Part shown: positions 7,848 through 16,860 of the stretch, in pieces | How the letters are laid out: the number at the start of each line of letters is the position of its first letter | Position numbering within the stretch: position 1 is the stretch's first letter | IMG/VR virus record: IMGVR_UViG_3300005662_000128 | Location: 1 to 32,632 of that record | DNA length: 32,632 bases | Strand: one strand, 5' to 3' | From: a virus | Taxonomy: Duplodnaviria; Caudoviricetes | Notes under the pieces: model-generated | What the model saw: only the letters and a program-made list of their open reading frames with translations | The model's database searches: none | Told to the model about the DNA's origin: nothing | Made by a program: the position numbers and the translations under genes

Positions 7848-9791
7848 TTATAGGAGGATTTCTTCCAGTTTACTCACCTTTACGCCTTTGCCGCCGGGTT
7901 TGCCCTGCTTTGAATCCAAATTGAGTGTCATTGGTTTCTTTCGAGCCGACTTGTACGTGACAGTGAATGAATCCTCGCCGAAATGCACGAGTGTTGCTCC
8001 TTCCGGTAGAATGTTTTTGCCTTTGCTGGTCGCTCGTGCAAGGTCTTTGCCATCGAGGACCATGACTTTGAGTGTGTTTTCGAGCGTAAACACTGTGAGA
8101 TAGCGGCGTGTAATCACTTCGTTCTCTCGTTTCGCGAGTTTAACTTCGCTGTACGTTGATGCCAGCGTTCCTTTGAAGGTTGCCGGCAATTTGCGGAGCG
8201 TACCGTCGGCGGTTACCGTAATGAGTTTATCATTGCGTTCTAAAGGGATCGCTCCACGGGGGCCCTTTTCTTGCGTGACGGTGCCACGCTTCATGTCGAT
8301 TTTCAGGAAACGGGGTTTGGCGATTGCTGGTGCCTGTTTGGCGCCTTTTTCCACTTTGGCTTTCTCAGGCGCCTCGATAATCTCGCTTCGCGTTTTTTCC
8401 CCATGTCGCACGCTGATTTCTTTGATTTCTTTTAACATGTATGCTTCTCGCTTACTTTGGTTGCTGATATGCTCTTTCAGCCATTCGATATTATCCCAAA
8501 GCGCGTATTTTTCGTTGGTTAAGGCGGTTGAGTCTAGGTTAGTAAGTTGGCGTAGGCGCATCTCGAGAATGGCCTCGGCTTGGTTCTTTGTGTATTTAAA
8601 CGGTTTCGCTATTAGTGCAGCTAATGCCTCTACCTTGCTCGCAGCGGCACGGATGCATTTGATTACCTTATCAATCTGCCCGATTGCTTGTAGCAATCCT
8701 TCGACGATCTCAACTCGGAATTCTTTGCTTTCTAGGTCGTGGGCAAATTGTATACGCAGCCGATCCAGTCGCCATTGCTTCCAGTGCCGAATAATTTCAG
8801 TACTGTTGTATTCGACTGGTTTACCGTTGTGTATACATAGATTCCGCGCTGGATATGTAGTTTCCAGGTCGGTGTAAGCGAAAAGAAGCTGGGCAAGCCG
8901 ATTGGGTTCGACATTGGCCTTGCTAACAACTGTGAGACGGTCTCCGAATCGATCAGATTCATCGATGACTTGTGCAACTCCCTCTATCTTACCGGATTCG
9001 AGAGCGCTTTTTATCTGTTGTCCGATTTTTTCCGGGTTTGTTGTGGGCGGAAGGTTCGTGAACGAGTAGGTGGTCCGAGGCGCTTTCTTACCCGTCTTCT
9101 CACTCGTAGTAATCTCCAACTTACTACGAAGCAACAGAGTGCCATTCCCAGTTGCAACGTAGGAATCAAGTCCGTCGTTTCGAATAATGTCACAGTGTGT
9201 TGGGAACGAAGGTATTAGCTTGGTGCCTTTAACTACCGCATCACAAATGTCGCGAAGGTTGTGTGGTGGTATCTTTGTTGCGAATCCGACACCGATTCCC
9301 TCCTGCCCATTCAGAAAGATTGCAGGGATTTTTGCATCGAGTTCGACAGGTTCTTGTAAAGAACCGTCATAATTTGCATCAGTTGTCCAGGTTTCGTCAT
9401 CCATCAGTAGGCACTCCCACGCGAATCCACTGAGTTTGCACTCGGTATAACGAGATGCTGCTGCATTATCTGTGGAACTTCCGAAGTTGCCGTGGCCGTC
9501 GATAAACGGAACGTTGTTATTCCATGGTGAAGCCATCGTCACCATGGCACCATAGGCAGAGCCGTGTGGATGGTATTTCCCCATCACTTCGCCCTCAACG
9601 CGAGCGCATTTCATATAGCGTCCGTCAGGTTTGAGATTAAGGTGCTTCATTGCCGCAAGAATGCGACGTTGCACTGGCTTTAGCCCGTCGGTTAACGAGG
9701 GAATGGCCCGACCCACGAGAACACTCATGGAATAGGCTAAATAGTCTTCTTGTATTTGCTTCGTTAGTGAAACTTCTATTAGTTTTTCCAA
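7848..9791 (-). CDS. gyrA: type IIA topoisomerase subunit A (GyrA/ParC)
   Basis: DGLKPVQRR, GKYHPHG, DGHGNFGS, catalytic AAASRYTE, GIGVGFATKIPPHN, QAEAILEMRL; GyrA versus ParC not resolved. Confidence 0.93.
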   Translation of the reverse strand: MEKLIEVSLTKQIQEDYLAYSMSVLVGRAIPSLTDGLKPVQRRILAAMKHLNLKPDGRYMKCARVEGEVMGKYHPHGSAYGAMVTMASPWNNNVPFIDGHGNFGSSTDNAAASRYTECKLSGFAWECLLMDDETWTTDANYDGSLQEPVELDAKIPAIFLNGQEGIGVGFATKIPPHNLRDICDAVVKGTKLIPSFPTHCDIIRNDGLDSYVATGNGTLLLRSKLEITTSEKTGKKAPRTTYSFTNLPPTTNPEKIGQQIKSALESGKIEGVAQVIDESDRFGDRLTVVSKANVEPNRLAQLLFAYTDLETTYPARNLCIHNGKPVEYNSTEIIRHWKQWRLDRLRIQFAHDLESKEFRVEIVEGLLQAIGQIDKVIKCIRAAASKVEALAALIAKPFKYTKNQAEAILEMRLRQLTNLDSTALTNEKYALWDNIEWLKEHISNQSKREAYMLKEIKEISVRHGEKTRSEIIEAPEKAKVEKGAKQAPAIAKPRFLKIDMKRGTVTQEKGPRGAIPLERNDKLITVTADGTLRKLPATFKGTLASTYSEVKLAKRENEVITRRYLTVFTLENTLKVMVLDGKDLARATSKGKNILPEGATLVHFGEDSFTVTYKSARKKPMTLNLDSKQGKPGGKGVKVSKLEEILL

Positions 9792-9849
9792 AAGTTGTAA
9801 GGCGGCACGAATATAGTATGTTCGTGAACTTCCTTGGGTAAACTCTCGT

Positions 9850-10398
9850 CTATTCTTCGGCGTAACGCATCGTATATCCTTTGTGTTTGTTCAGTTTTTT
9901 GCCCAATATCTTATATAAGTTCCCTCTGTTTAAACCGTTGTCTCGAGCGGCTTCACTGATGGACTCATAATATTTTTCCTCACCGTTAGGTGTAACTAAA
10001 ACGACTGCTATTTTTGAACATCGAGGTGCTCCTCGTCTGATTTCTTCAACTGTTGGCTTTGGGGGTGCGTTCCTGGCATTAATAACTCTGACTGAATTTT
10101 CGTTGTTTATTTTACGCGTTACTATTCGCAAATTTTTTATTCTGTTGTCTGTTCTAATTCTGTTTATATGGTCTATGTCCAAGCCCTCGGGCGGCTCTTC
10201 TTTGTAATGCATCTTCCAAACAATCCGAGCAACTCGATAATGTTTGTTGTTTACTTTAACCCTCAACCAACCTCCATCTGTATAATAACCTGCTGGCTTC
10301 CCAGATTTTTTATGCGTTAGAATGCCGGAATCGGGGTCGTAATAAAACCTTTGCTCTAAAATTTCTAAAGAGGGTAAAGAAAGAATCTTATTTTTCAT
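9850..10398 (-). CDS. free-standing HNH homing endonuclease with NUMOD1 C-terminus
   Basis: IDHINRIRTDNRIKNLR; YESISEAAR...L..GNL...HKGY; AT-rich. Confidence 0.88.
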   Translation of the reverse strand: MKNKILSLPSLEILEQRFYYDPDSGILTHKKSGKPAGYYTDGGWLRVKVNNKHYRVARIVWKMHYKEEPPEGLDIDHINRIRTDNRIKNLRIVTRKINNENSVRVINARNAPPKPTVEEIRRGAPRCSKIAVVLVTPNGEEKYYESISEAARDNGLNRGNLYKILGKKLNKHKGYTMRYAEE

Positions 10399-10489
10399 GG
10401 TTATGCAGAGTTAGTGTAAGCTGTCAACGGGGCCCCAAGGAAGGGGGGGGTTCCTGGTAATTGCTGCGATAGTGTATGAGAATGCATAG

Positions 10490-10516
10490 AAAAAGGAGGC
10501 ACCGAGTGGCACCTCC
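10490..10516 (-). terminator. intrinsic terminator
   Basis: GGAGG...CCTCC stem then TTTTT on minus strand. Confidence 0.6.
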
Positions 10517-10559
10517 CCAAAAATCCCCTCTAATTTCTGAAGCTTAATCCCAGAGGCAA

Positions 10560-11018
10560 TTAGTAGCAAACAGCACCAGCGAATACCTTAGCTGCCTCGA
10601 TTTGACCGGAAAGAACCATCCGATCCAGCACCTCGGCATTCATACGAGAGATGCAACGCTTACCAATAATTTGGTTGGTCTTCTTTGCCAGAACAGCCAG
10701 ATTGTTCACATTGTTGAACTTTTTGCGATTCTCTTGTAGCGAACGGTTAAGGCTGTACAGGTGGCAAAGCTCGCGCTTTTCGCCGTCGATCTTTTCGAAA
10801 AACTGACACTGCTCGGAGAGCTGGGCCAGCCGGACCAGTTCGTTGGCGGTATTGTGGTCAACGAAAGACTCGTAGGTGCGACCGCGATCTTTGGCGTTCG
10901 TGTGGATCGAGAGGCGCTTCGAGAAGCAATCGTCGAAGGCAGAGATTTCGGCGAACTTGCGCGAGGCGGTGGAAACCTTTTGGTAACGGACGACTGCAGG
11001 ATTTGCGGTGGTTGCCAT
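10560..11018 (-). CDS. hypothetical protein, possible degenerate HNH fold
   Basis: ELCHLYS...NNVNNLAVL...NQ; own promoter and terminator. Confidence 0.7.
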   Translation of the reverse strand: MATTANPAVVRYQKVSTASRKFAEISAFDDCFSKRLSIHTNAKDRGRTYESFVDHNTANELVRLAQLSEQCQFFEKIDGEKRELCHLYSLNRSLQENRKKFNNVNNLAVLAKKTNQIIGKRCISRMNAEVLDRMVLSGQIEAAKVFAGAVCY

Positions 11019-11078
11019 TGGGCTATGAATTAAGACGGTTGATTAAGGGTGGTAACCGGTTGCGCCAGTTACATTTAG

Positions 11079-11106
11079 AGTATGGGCAGTGGCTCGGGGT
11101 GGTAAA
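11079..11106 (-). promoter_or_regulatory. sigma70-like promoter
   Basis: TTTACC-16nt-CATACT. Confidence 0.45.
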
Positions 11107-11109
11107 CCG

Positions 11110-11634
11110 CTGGGAGTGGGTATGCTGTAAGCAGTTGGCTTACTGAAATGAAACACCTTGACGTGGTTTGCCCTGCGGCACCGTGGGAAGGCACAACTTG
11201 CGACGAGGGTCGGGCTTGGGATCTTTCGGAGGAATACGGCTACGCGGAAGTGCGAGAGAATGGGGTTATTATTGGATCGTACCGAGACGGCGGTGTGGGG
11301 TAGAAAGTGCTGCAGCGGCGGGGGTATTTGGGCTCTCCCCGCCCGAGTTTAGAGCCACAAAAACCGCCCCCCTCCCGAAAAACCGTCCACCACTGTAAGG
11401 GGACCCGACCACTGGGGGGGTTAACCACGGAGATGGGGAGGGGGGAGGGAGCAGGGTGATGGTGTGATGGTGCCGGATGGGAATGGTAACCGCCATACGG
11501 TCAGAAAAACAGGATAACAGCAACGCAAAGAATACGGAAGAACATTTCTTGCAAGAATGTGCACATTCCTGTGAGAAAAATAATATTCAGATTCAGAAGT
11601 AGAAACAATGTTGGAAATTCTGACCGCAACGCGG
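11110..11634. other. long non-coding G-skewed region, candidate origin or terminus
   Basis: No credible ORF; G-runs at 11414-11456; AT-rich tract 11500-11620. Confidence 0.45.
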
Positions 11635-12366
11635 TTACCTTTCTTCACAGTCTTCACTGCGTGGGGCAATAACAACTCTCTCTACTTTTCCTTCTCGTTT
11701 CCGTTGGCACCACACCCAATGTCGCTGTTCTAGTTGCTGTTTAACATAGCGATACTGTTGCCCGTTGGCATGGAGATTCAGCGCTGCGGGAATCCGATTG
11801 GCTGGGATGGTACCATCGTCACGCACCAACGTAAATAGTAGCGATTCTATGCGTGGTATATCTGCGCCCTCTGACACGGGGAAGCAGATGCGCTCCTGCA
11901 CATAGTTAGGTGGGAATCCAAACACCGGGTCTGTGAATATGCCATGCCACGTTGCCCGTCCCGCTTCCGGAACAAGCTCTATCGCTATCTGTACTAAACG
12001 TTTCCGTTGCCCAGGGAACGGGTTTGCCTGCACCGCTGTCAGCAATCGCTTAACTAATTCTGTACACAGCTCATGATGGTCGTTAATTCTGATACGTTCA
12101 CACCAACCATCATACTCTGATCTATCGAAAGAACTAAACGCTTGCGTCCGGCGTTCTGCGTCACGCCGCTCGACTGCGTAGGCTCGCCTCGCTCTCCAAG
12201 CATGGACTCTCTCCTGAGCAGATTCGACGCATTTCGTCAAAGTACTCAGCAGACAGTCGTAGGTAGTACTCGGACTGTTTGATATTCTCGTGGTCACGAT
12301 AGACCCTCGCCAATGTGAGGCAAGTCGAGAGAATACTGACCTTCCGCTCGTAGGCTTCTCTGTCAA
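11635..12366 (-). CDS. hypothetical protein, possible C-terminal winged-helix DNA-binding domain
   Basis: 243-aa ORF; C-terminal V...L....W.....R.GK..RV...P pattern; start uncertain. Confidence 0.7.
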   Translation of the reverse strand: MTEKPTSGRSVFSRLASHWRGSIVTTRISNSPSTTYDCLLSTLTKCVESAQERVHAWRARRAYAVERRDAERRTQAFSSFDRSEYDGWCERIRINDHHELCTELVKRLLTAVQANPFPGQRKRLVQIAIELVPEAGRATWHGIFTDPVFGFPPNYVQERICFPVSEGADIPRIESLLFTLVRDDGTIPANRIPAALNLHANGQQYRYVKQQLEQRHWVWCQRKREGKVERVVIAPRSEDCEER

Positions 12367-12482
12367 TCATAATTCTGATTTGCCGGTTGAATTTTGGGAA
12401 CCAGAGCAGTGCTCCCAAGGGCCAACCGCTAAGCAAACCCAACACTACTCCGGCGTTGTTGATATTTTACCCAAACTCTGAA

Positions 12483-12662
12483 TCAGTAAACTGCAAAACC
12501 TCCCTCACCCCTCCCCCCCTGAGGGGGGTTGAGGGTAGAGGGTTTAGACACATACTTAAGCACATATCGAAGGGCTCTCATCGTACCTTCGTCTGCACCG
12601 TGTTTGGAAAGCTCAGAGCAAATCTTGAGCACTGCATTAATCGCCTTTTCTTGTTCAGCCAC
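12483..12662 (-). CDS. hypothetical protein (59 aa, MAEQEKAINAV...)
   Basis: GTG 12662 to TGA 12483; amphipathic helices; below ORF-track cutoff. Confidence 0.45.
   Translation of the reverse strand: MAEQEKAINAVLKICSELSKHGADEGTMRALRYVLKYVSKPSTLNPPQGGRGEGGFAVY
12496..12545. repeat. GC-rich imperfect inverted repeat
   Basis: aaacctccctcacccctcccc...ggggttgagggtagagggttt. Confidence 0.65.
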
Positions 12663-12868
12663 AGTAGCAATTAGTAACCATTCTTAACATAGCGGTGCAA
12701 AGTAAACGTAAGGCACGCACGCTCATACCACTCCAGCTTATTTCATCTTCGCTGTTATTCGCAGCGCCAGAGGTGTCCTGCAGGCTGATGGGTCGGTTGC
12801 GGCGGTGGGATTGTTGACTGCAGCATTCCAACAACATCCCACACGTTCCTACCAAAAACGTAAACCCG

Positions 12869-13126
12869 TCACCCCCTGCACCCCCCAGGCCTCAACACCC
12901 ACTGCCTGTATCCCCCCTCACACCTCACCACCTTGAGCAGACCAAGCTCCTCCAGCCTGTCAATCGCCTTAATGTACTTCTCCAGGCAGTGCCCATCCAC
13001 ACGTGGCACAAAGCATGGACTGTTCGGAAACTTAGCAAAATGGGCGATGGCGTACAGGTACAGATTCCGCTGCTGCCTTCCCAATCCGAGCGGCTCCCCA
13101 CTCACCGCATCAATCTTTGCAGGCAT
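12869..13126 (-). CDS. small putative winged-helix protein
   Basis: IKAIDRLEELGLLKV followed by a beta-wing. Confidence 0.6.
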   Translation of the reverse strand: MPAKIDAVSGEPLGLGRQQRNLYLYAIAHFAKFPNSPCFVPRVDGHCLEKYIKAIDRLEELGLLKVVRCEGGYRQWVLRPGGCRG

Positions 13127-13132
13127 GGTTCC

Positions 13133-13345
13133 TCAGTAAAAGCGCACGTTCGAGGGGCACTTGGCCTGTTCCGCCTTTGCGATTTCCGCCGAGACCGCGC
13201 TCATCTTCCCAGCTTTCATGTAAGCAGCAGCACGCTTCAGGTAGTACTGGCACATGTCAGCATCATAAGCTTTGGCAGCAGGAGCCTGGGCAGTGCCAAG
13301 AAGAGCAGAACCGAGAAGGATGCAAGCAAGGAGTTGGTTCTTCAT
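13133..13345 (-). CDS. small secreted protein
   Basis: Signal peptide; Cys pair in the mature part. Confidence 0.75.
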   Translation of the reverse strand: MKNQLLACILLGSALLGTAQAPAAKAYDADMCQYYLKRAAAYMKAGKMSAVSAEIAKAEQAKCPSNVRFY

Positions 13346-13350
13346 AAGGA

Positions 13351-13438
13351 GGGAGAAACTTCAACACTCTAAATATAGCTCACCGTGCGGAATAAAGCAA
13401 GCGGCCGCATACAGAAAAAGGACGGTTCCCCGCCCTTT
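13351..13438 (-). promoter_or_regulatory. terminator plus promoter module, copy 1
   Basis: Hairpin/T-run 13415-13438; TTGCTT-17nt-TATATT 13372-13400; resembles 18046-18135. Confidence 0.7.
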
Positions 13439-13474
13439 GCTCGCTCATCACTGTGATAAAGTCCTTGACACCCT

Positions 13475-13690
13475 TTAACCAACCTTGGTGAGCACCATTT
13501 CCAAATGTGCAGCCAACTCACTCCGCACCTGATCCAGAGAAGTGGTGTACTTCCTGAGCAACATCTCCTGCCGCTTGCTCGCCGAGTTCGTGTCCACATG
13601 AGATGACACTGCATTCAACGCAGCCACCAATTCCACAATTTCCTCAGGCTCAAATCCATGTTTGAGTAAAGCGTTGACAGTCAGATCCAT
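13475..13690 (-). CDS. hypothetical protein (71 aa)
   Basis: ATG 13690; helical composition. Confidence 0.65.
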   Translation of the reverse strand: MDLTVNALLKHGFEPEEIVELVAALNAVSSHVDTNSASKRQEMLLRKYTTSLDQVRSELAAHLEMVLTKVG

Positions 13691-13778
13691 GTGAAGGGAG
13701 CGAAAAACGGTAACAGCTCCGAACAAGTTTACCAATCCCAGCAACGAAAGCTCGATACGAAAGGATTTCTTTTGTTTT

Positions 13779-14591
13779 TCAGTGCAAGCACTCCGCCTTG
13801 TCCACCTTCGCATTCGTAACCACCTTCAGCCGAATGTTCGTCACATCGCCAGATTTGAGGTAGGTTTTAGCCAGATGCGGGTAGCGAGAGCAGATTTCCT
13901 CTAGCGCTTTCGCATGATCAAGGCGCCTCGCTTCTTTGCCACCAATCGACTCTTGGATGCCACCATGGTTAAAATACTTGGTTTTCGGAGCGAGCCAGTC
14001 CAAGCGCACCACGTTTCCGTAAAGGACGAAAGAGCGCAGCGAGTTTTCGAAGTCTTCGCCAGAAGATATGAGCGAACGCTCCGGGTCCGTCAAGCATGGG
14101 TCCTGGGCATAGCCACCATGGAAGATTCCGCAAATATATCGCAAGCCCACAGTGGCCGTATCTCGCATGAACATGCCATTGAGTGCAGCGTTGATGCCCC
14201 AGATGCGAGCACCATGCTTCTCACACAGTTTGTACCCAGCTTCTACAATCTGATCGAGAGTGAGCGTAACTTCTTCATATTTATTCTCCTTTTTCTGGAA
14301 GACACCGCACACATCGTCATCCATCGAGAAAATTCGGGTGTTTTCTGGATAATATTTGTTGATAAATTGCCGTTGCGGACCGATGCCTGGTACACCAACG
14401 ACTACTGGGATGTCGAAGCCTGCACCGTCGAGCGTTGTATCGTAGATTGACTTCTCATCCTCGTTCGCCACAAAGACAGTCACTCGGCTCAGGTCGGCTT
14501 TAAGCTTCTGTAGCGTCGGGATGGTTTGCTGCAACAGCAAATTATGCCGCTTGTAGCTCGGAATCGCGATTTGATATTCGAATTTGGCCAT
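13779..14591 (-). CDS. TET-associated glycosyltransferase (TAGT/GREB1-like, GT-A fold)
   Basis: IAIPSYKR, MDDD, EDFE.SLR, GG motifs; adjacent to the dioxygenase. Confidence 0.85.
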   Translation of the reverse strand: MAKFEYQIAIPSYKRHNLLLQQTIPTLQKLKADLSRVTVFVANEDEKSIYDTTLDGAGFDIPVVVGVPGIGPQRQFINKYYPENTRIFSMDDDVCGVFQKKENKYEEVTLTLDQIVEAGYKLCEKHGARIWGINAALNGMFMRDTATVGLRYICGIFHGGYAQDPCLTDPERSLISSGEDFENSLRSFVLYGNVVRLDWLAPKTKYFNHGGIQESIGGKEARRLDHAKALEEICSRYPHLAKTYLKSGDVTNIRLKVVTNAKVDKAECLH

Positions 14592-14638
14592 GGTAGTTGT
14601 AATTCAGTCAGAGTTTAGTGAGTTTGAGTTCAGGTAAA

Positions 14639-16033
14639 TCAATCTTCGGTTCGCATCAACAACACGGCTTCCTCACCAGGCCACTCATCCGGATTGCCCC
14701 AGTATGACGTGTTGCTGCAGTGCTCCATATCATTCTCCTTCTTAAAATCTTCCCAGTAGGGACTTGAGAACATGTGCGGAAAGCTGCCAGCCCAGTTTTT
14801 CTCACCTGTGCCGAGATGCTGCAGATTAAGTTTTGACCAGTCGATAAAATCCTTGCGACATTGCTCGCACTTCAGATCGTCCACTTTAATAATTGCGTCT
14901 CTCTGATACATTACAATGGTGATTGACTCCGCATCCGTACTATGCGGCATCATTTCCGTGATGCTGTGCACAGTGCTCTGATTGTCTCCACACCAGAAAT
15001 CCCCATGCCGCAACCTGAATGCTAGGCGCAGCGGGTGAATCACAAAGTCAAATCCGTCAAATTTGCCATTGTCAAGCGCAGAGAGCACAGCCAGCGCATT
15101 TTTCGCATTTTGCCCGTCAACATGACAAGCAACCTGGAAATTGTAATTGACAGTGATGCTGGTAAATGCAGTACCAAACAGGTTGTACCGCTCGTCCTTC
15201 ACTTGCTGAAAGCGATCGTGCAGAATCTGCCAGCGTTCTGGCATGTACTTTCGTACCAGGCTGTCAATCTCTTGATACACATGCTGCTCTGAGAAAAACT
15301 CGTCCCAACGCTCGAGCGTGGGTTTGGTCATGCGAGCATACGGTGTGCGTGCAGACCGAGTGATGGCACCTAAAACGGCTGAGTAGGCAGCATTGCCTCG
15401 CGGCTGCGACGTTTTATAAGTTTTCTTGCCGAGCTTCGCCATTGCTACTTTGTCCTCAGCGACAGCCCACTCGCGCTCAAGCCAGTTGTCAAACCAAGAT
15501 GCCCGAATCTCGTTGCGCTCAGCCAACATCCTACGCCTTTCAGCAATATCCGTGGCTTTTTTACATCGCTTGTCAAGCTCAAGATAAGCCTCAACATCGA
15601 ACAAAGCAGCATCCTTGGTCTTGCCGAAATAGTACGTTTCTCGACTCAACCGAGTATCACTCAAGATCAACTCGCGAGCTTGCTCGAATGTGACAACATT
15701 ACCAGCAGCAGCTTCTTTGTAAAAGGCCAACTGGCCATGCGTGAATCGAATCTCAGGCGATGTATAAATTTCCGCACCAGCAGCAGCACCACGCTGGTCT
15801 GAATAAAGCGATTGCGATGCCCATTTCCAGTATGCGTATCCTGCTGTATCAGGATGGTATTCTACCAGAGATTTGACTGCACTCTTGCGAAACACAATGG
15901 CCAACGTGCCGTCGGGAAGATACACATCGGCATCTTCATCGATGATTTCATCATAATCCGCCTCAGTCGGAAAGCGACCGAGCTCGCTCTTAGGAAATTC
16001 TACGATTTCCTCCACGACAATTTTCCGCACCAT
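14639..16033 (-). CDS. TET/JBP-family Fe(II) dioxygenase
   Basis: DADVY, FRK, RGAAAG, FTSITVNYNF, HVD (HxD), distal VHS, IVMYQR. Confidence 0.85.
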   Translation of the reverse strand: MVRKIVVEEIVEFPKSELGRFPTEADYDEIIDEDADVYLPDGTLAIVFRKSAVKSLVEYHPDTAGYAYWKWASQSLYSDQRGAAAGAEIYTSPEIRFTHGQLAFYKEAAAGNVVTFEQARELILSDTRLSRETYYFGKTKDAALFDVEAYLELDKRCKKATDIAERRRMLAERNEIRASWFDNWLEREWAVAEDKVAMAKLGKKTYKTSQPRGNAAYSAVLGAITRSARTPYARMTKPTLERWDEFFSEQHVYQEIDSLVRKYMPERWQILHDRFQQVKDERYNLFGTAFTSITVNYNFQVACHVDGQNAKNALAVLSALDNGKFDGFDFVIHPLRLAFRLRHGDFWCGDNQSTVHSITEMMPHSTDAESITIVMYQRDAIIKVDDLKCEQCRKDFIDWSKLNLQHLGTGEKNWAGSFPHMFSSPYWEDFKKENDMEHCSNTSYWGNPDEWPGEEAVLLMRTED

Positions 16034-16080
16034 ATGCCAATGCCATATTCGTTGTACTCATGGGTTCTACCCACAAGAAG

Positions 16081-16108
16081 AATATAGCGGTGGCGATTAA
16101 ACCGTAAA
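16081..16108 (-). promoter_or_regulatory. promoter of the dioxygenase/GT operon
   Basis: TTTACG-16nt-TATATT. Confidence 0.55.
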
Positions 16109-16121
16109 CATACTTGTGCAC

Positions 16122-16147
16122 AAAAAAGCCCCAGCGTTAGCCGGGGC
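16122..16147 (-). terminator. intrinsic terminator
   Basis: GCCCCGGC TAAC GCTGGGGC TTTTTT. Confidence 0.8.
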
Positions 16148-16166
16148 AAAAGCTGAATTATGGCAC

Positions 16167-16709
16167 TTAGCAACCTTCTCCTCGAACGGGCAGATTCAAG
16201 AACATACGAATCCGGCTAGCTGTATTACCTGTTTCAGTTACATTCTTCGGATCTGCTTGTATCTCTTCCCCCTTGATCGCTTGTTTCATATTAGCTGCAT
16301 TAGCAAAAGCATCAGCTGCCATAAATGAGATGTCTTTACGGATTTCCTGAGGCCAAATGAATTTAGGATCAGACAAAGCCTTTGACTGCACTACCAACGC
16401 ATCACTCTTTCGATGAGCCAACGAGATTAAGTTGTTATTCAAAGCGCCCACACGGTTATTGGCACGGGCCAGGGCAGCAGGATCATAATATGTCACCTTG
16501 AGCTCTTCATTAAACTTTTTCTGTGTTTCAATAGCCTGGTCATTAATCTTGTTAACCGGGCAAACAGACTGTAGATAGCGTTTCGCAGCTTGCTCTTTCG
16601 TCATATTGACAGGCAAGGATTTACGATAAGCATCAATATGGGGATAAGCAGCGGCGCCGGTAAGAGCAGTGAGCGTAACGCCGAGAGCAATTTTGGGGAG
16701 TAGTTTCAT
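16167..16709 (-). CDS. secreted or membrane-anchored helical protein
   Basis: N-terminal signal MKLLPKIALGVTLTALTGAAA; two Cys. Confidence 0.8.
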   Translation of the reverse strand: MKLLPKIALGVTLTALTGAAAYPHIDAYRKSLPVNMTKEQAAKRYLQSVCPVNKINDQAIETQKKFNEELKVTYYDPAALARANNRVGALNNNLISLAHRKSDALVVQSKALSDPKFIWPQEIRKDISFMAADAFANAANMKQAIKGEEIQADPKNVTETGNTASRIRMFLNLPVRGEGC

Positions 16710-16733
16710 GGTTCTCACCAGTAGTTTAGCGAT

Positions 16734-16810
16734 GGGAGATACTTCCCCCGTTGAATAAATATACCTCCCTATGGGAAAAAAGTAAAGCCCCCGGCGATAA
16801 CCGGAGGCCC
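16734..16810 (-). promoter_or_regulatory. terminator plus promoter module, copy 2
   Basis: TTTACT-17nt-TATATT 16758-16786; hairpin upstream; shared GGGGGAAGT..TCTCCC leader. Confidence 0.7.
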
Positions 16811-16860
16811 ATGGTTTGCTATCGCAAACGGTCGGTGCTTCGCACCTCCTCGGATTCAGC

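Noticed and set aside
11158-11675. Short ORFs in the G-rich region
   Set aside because: Low-complexity Pro/Gly translations on both strands
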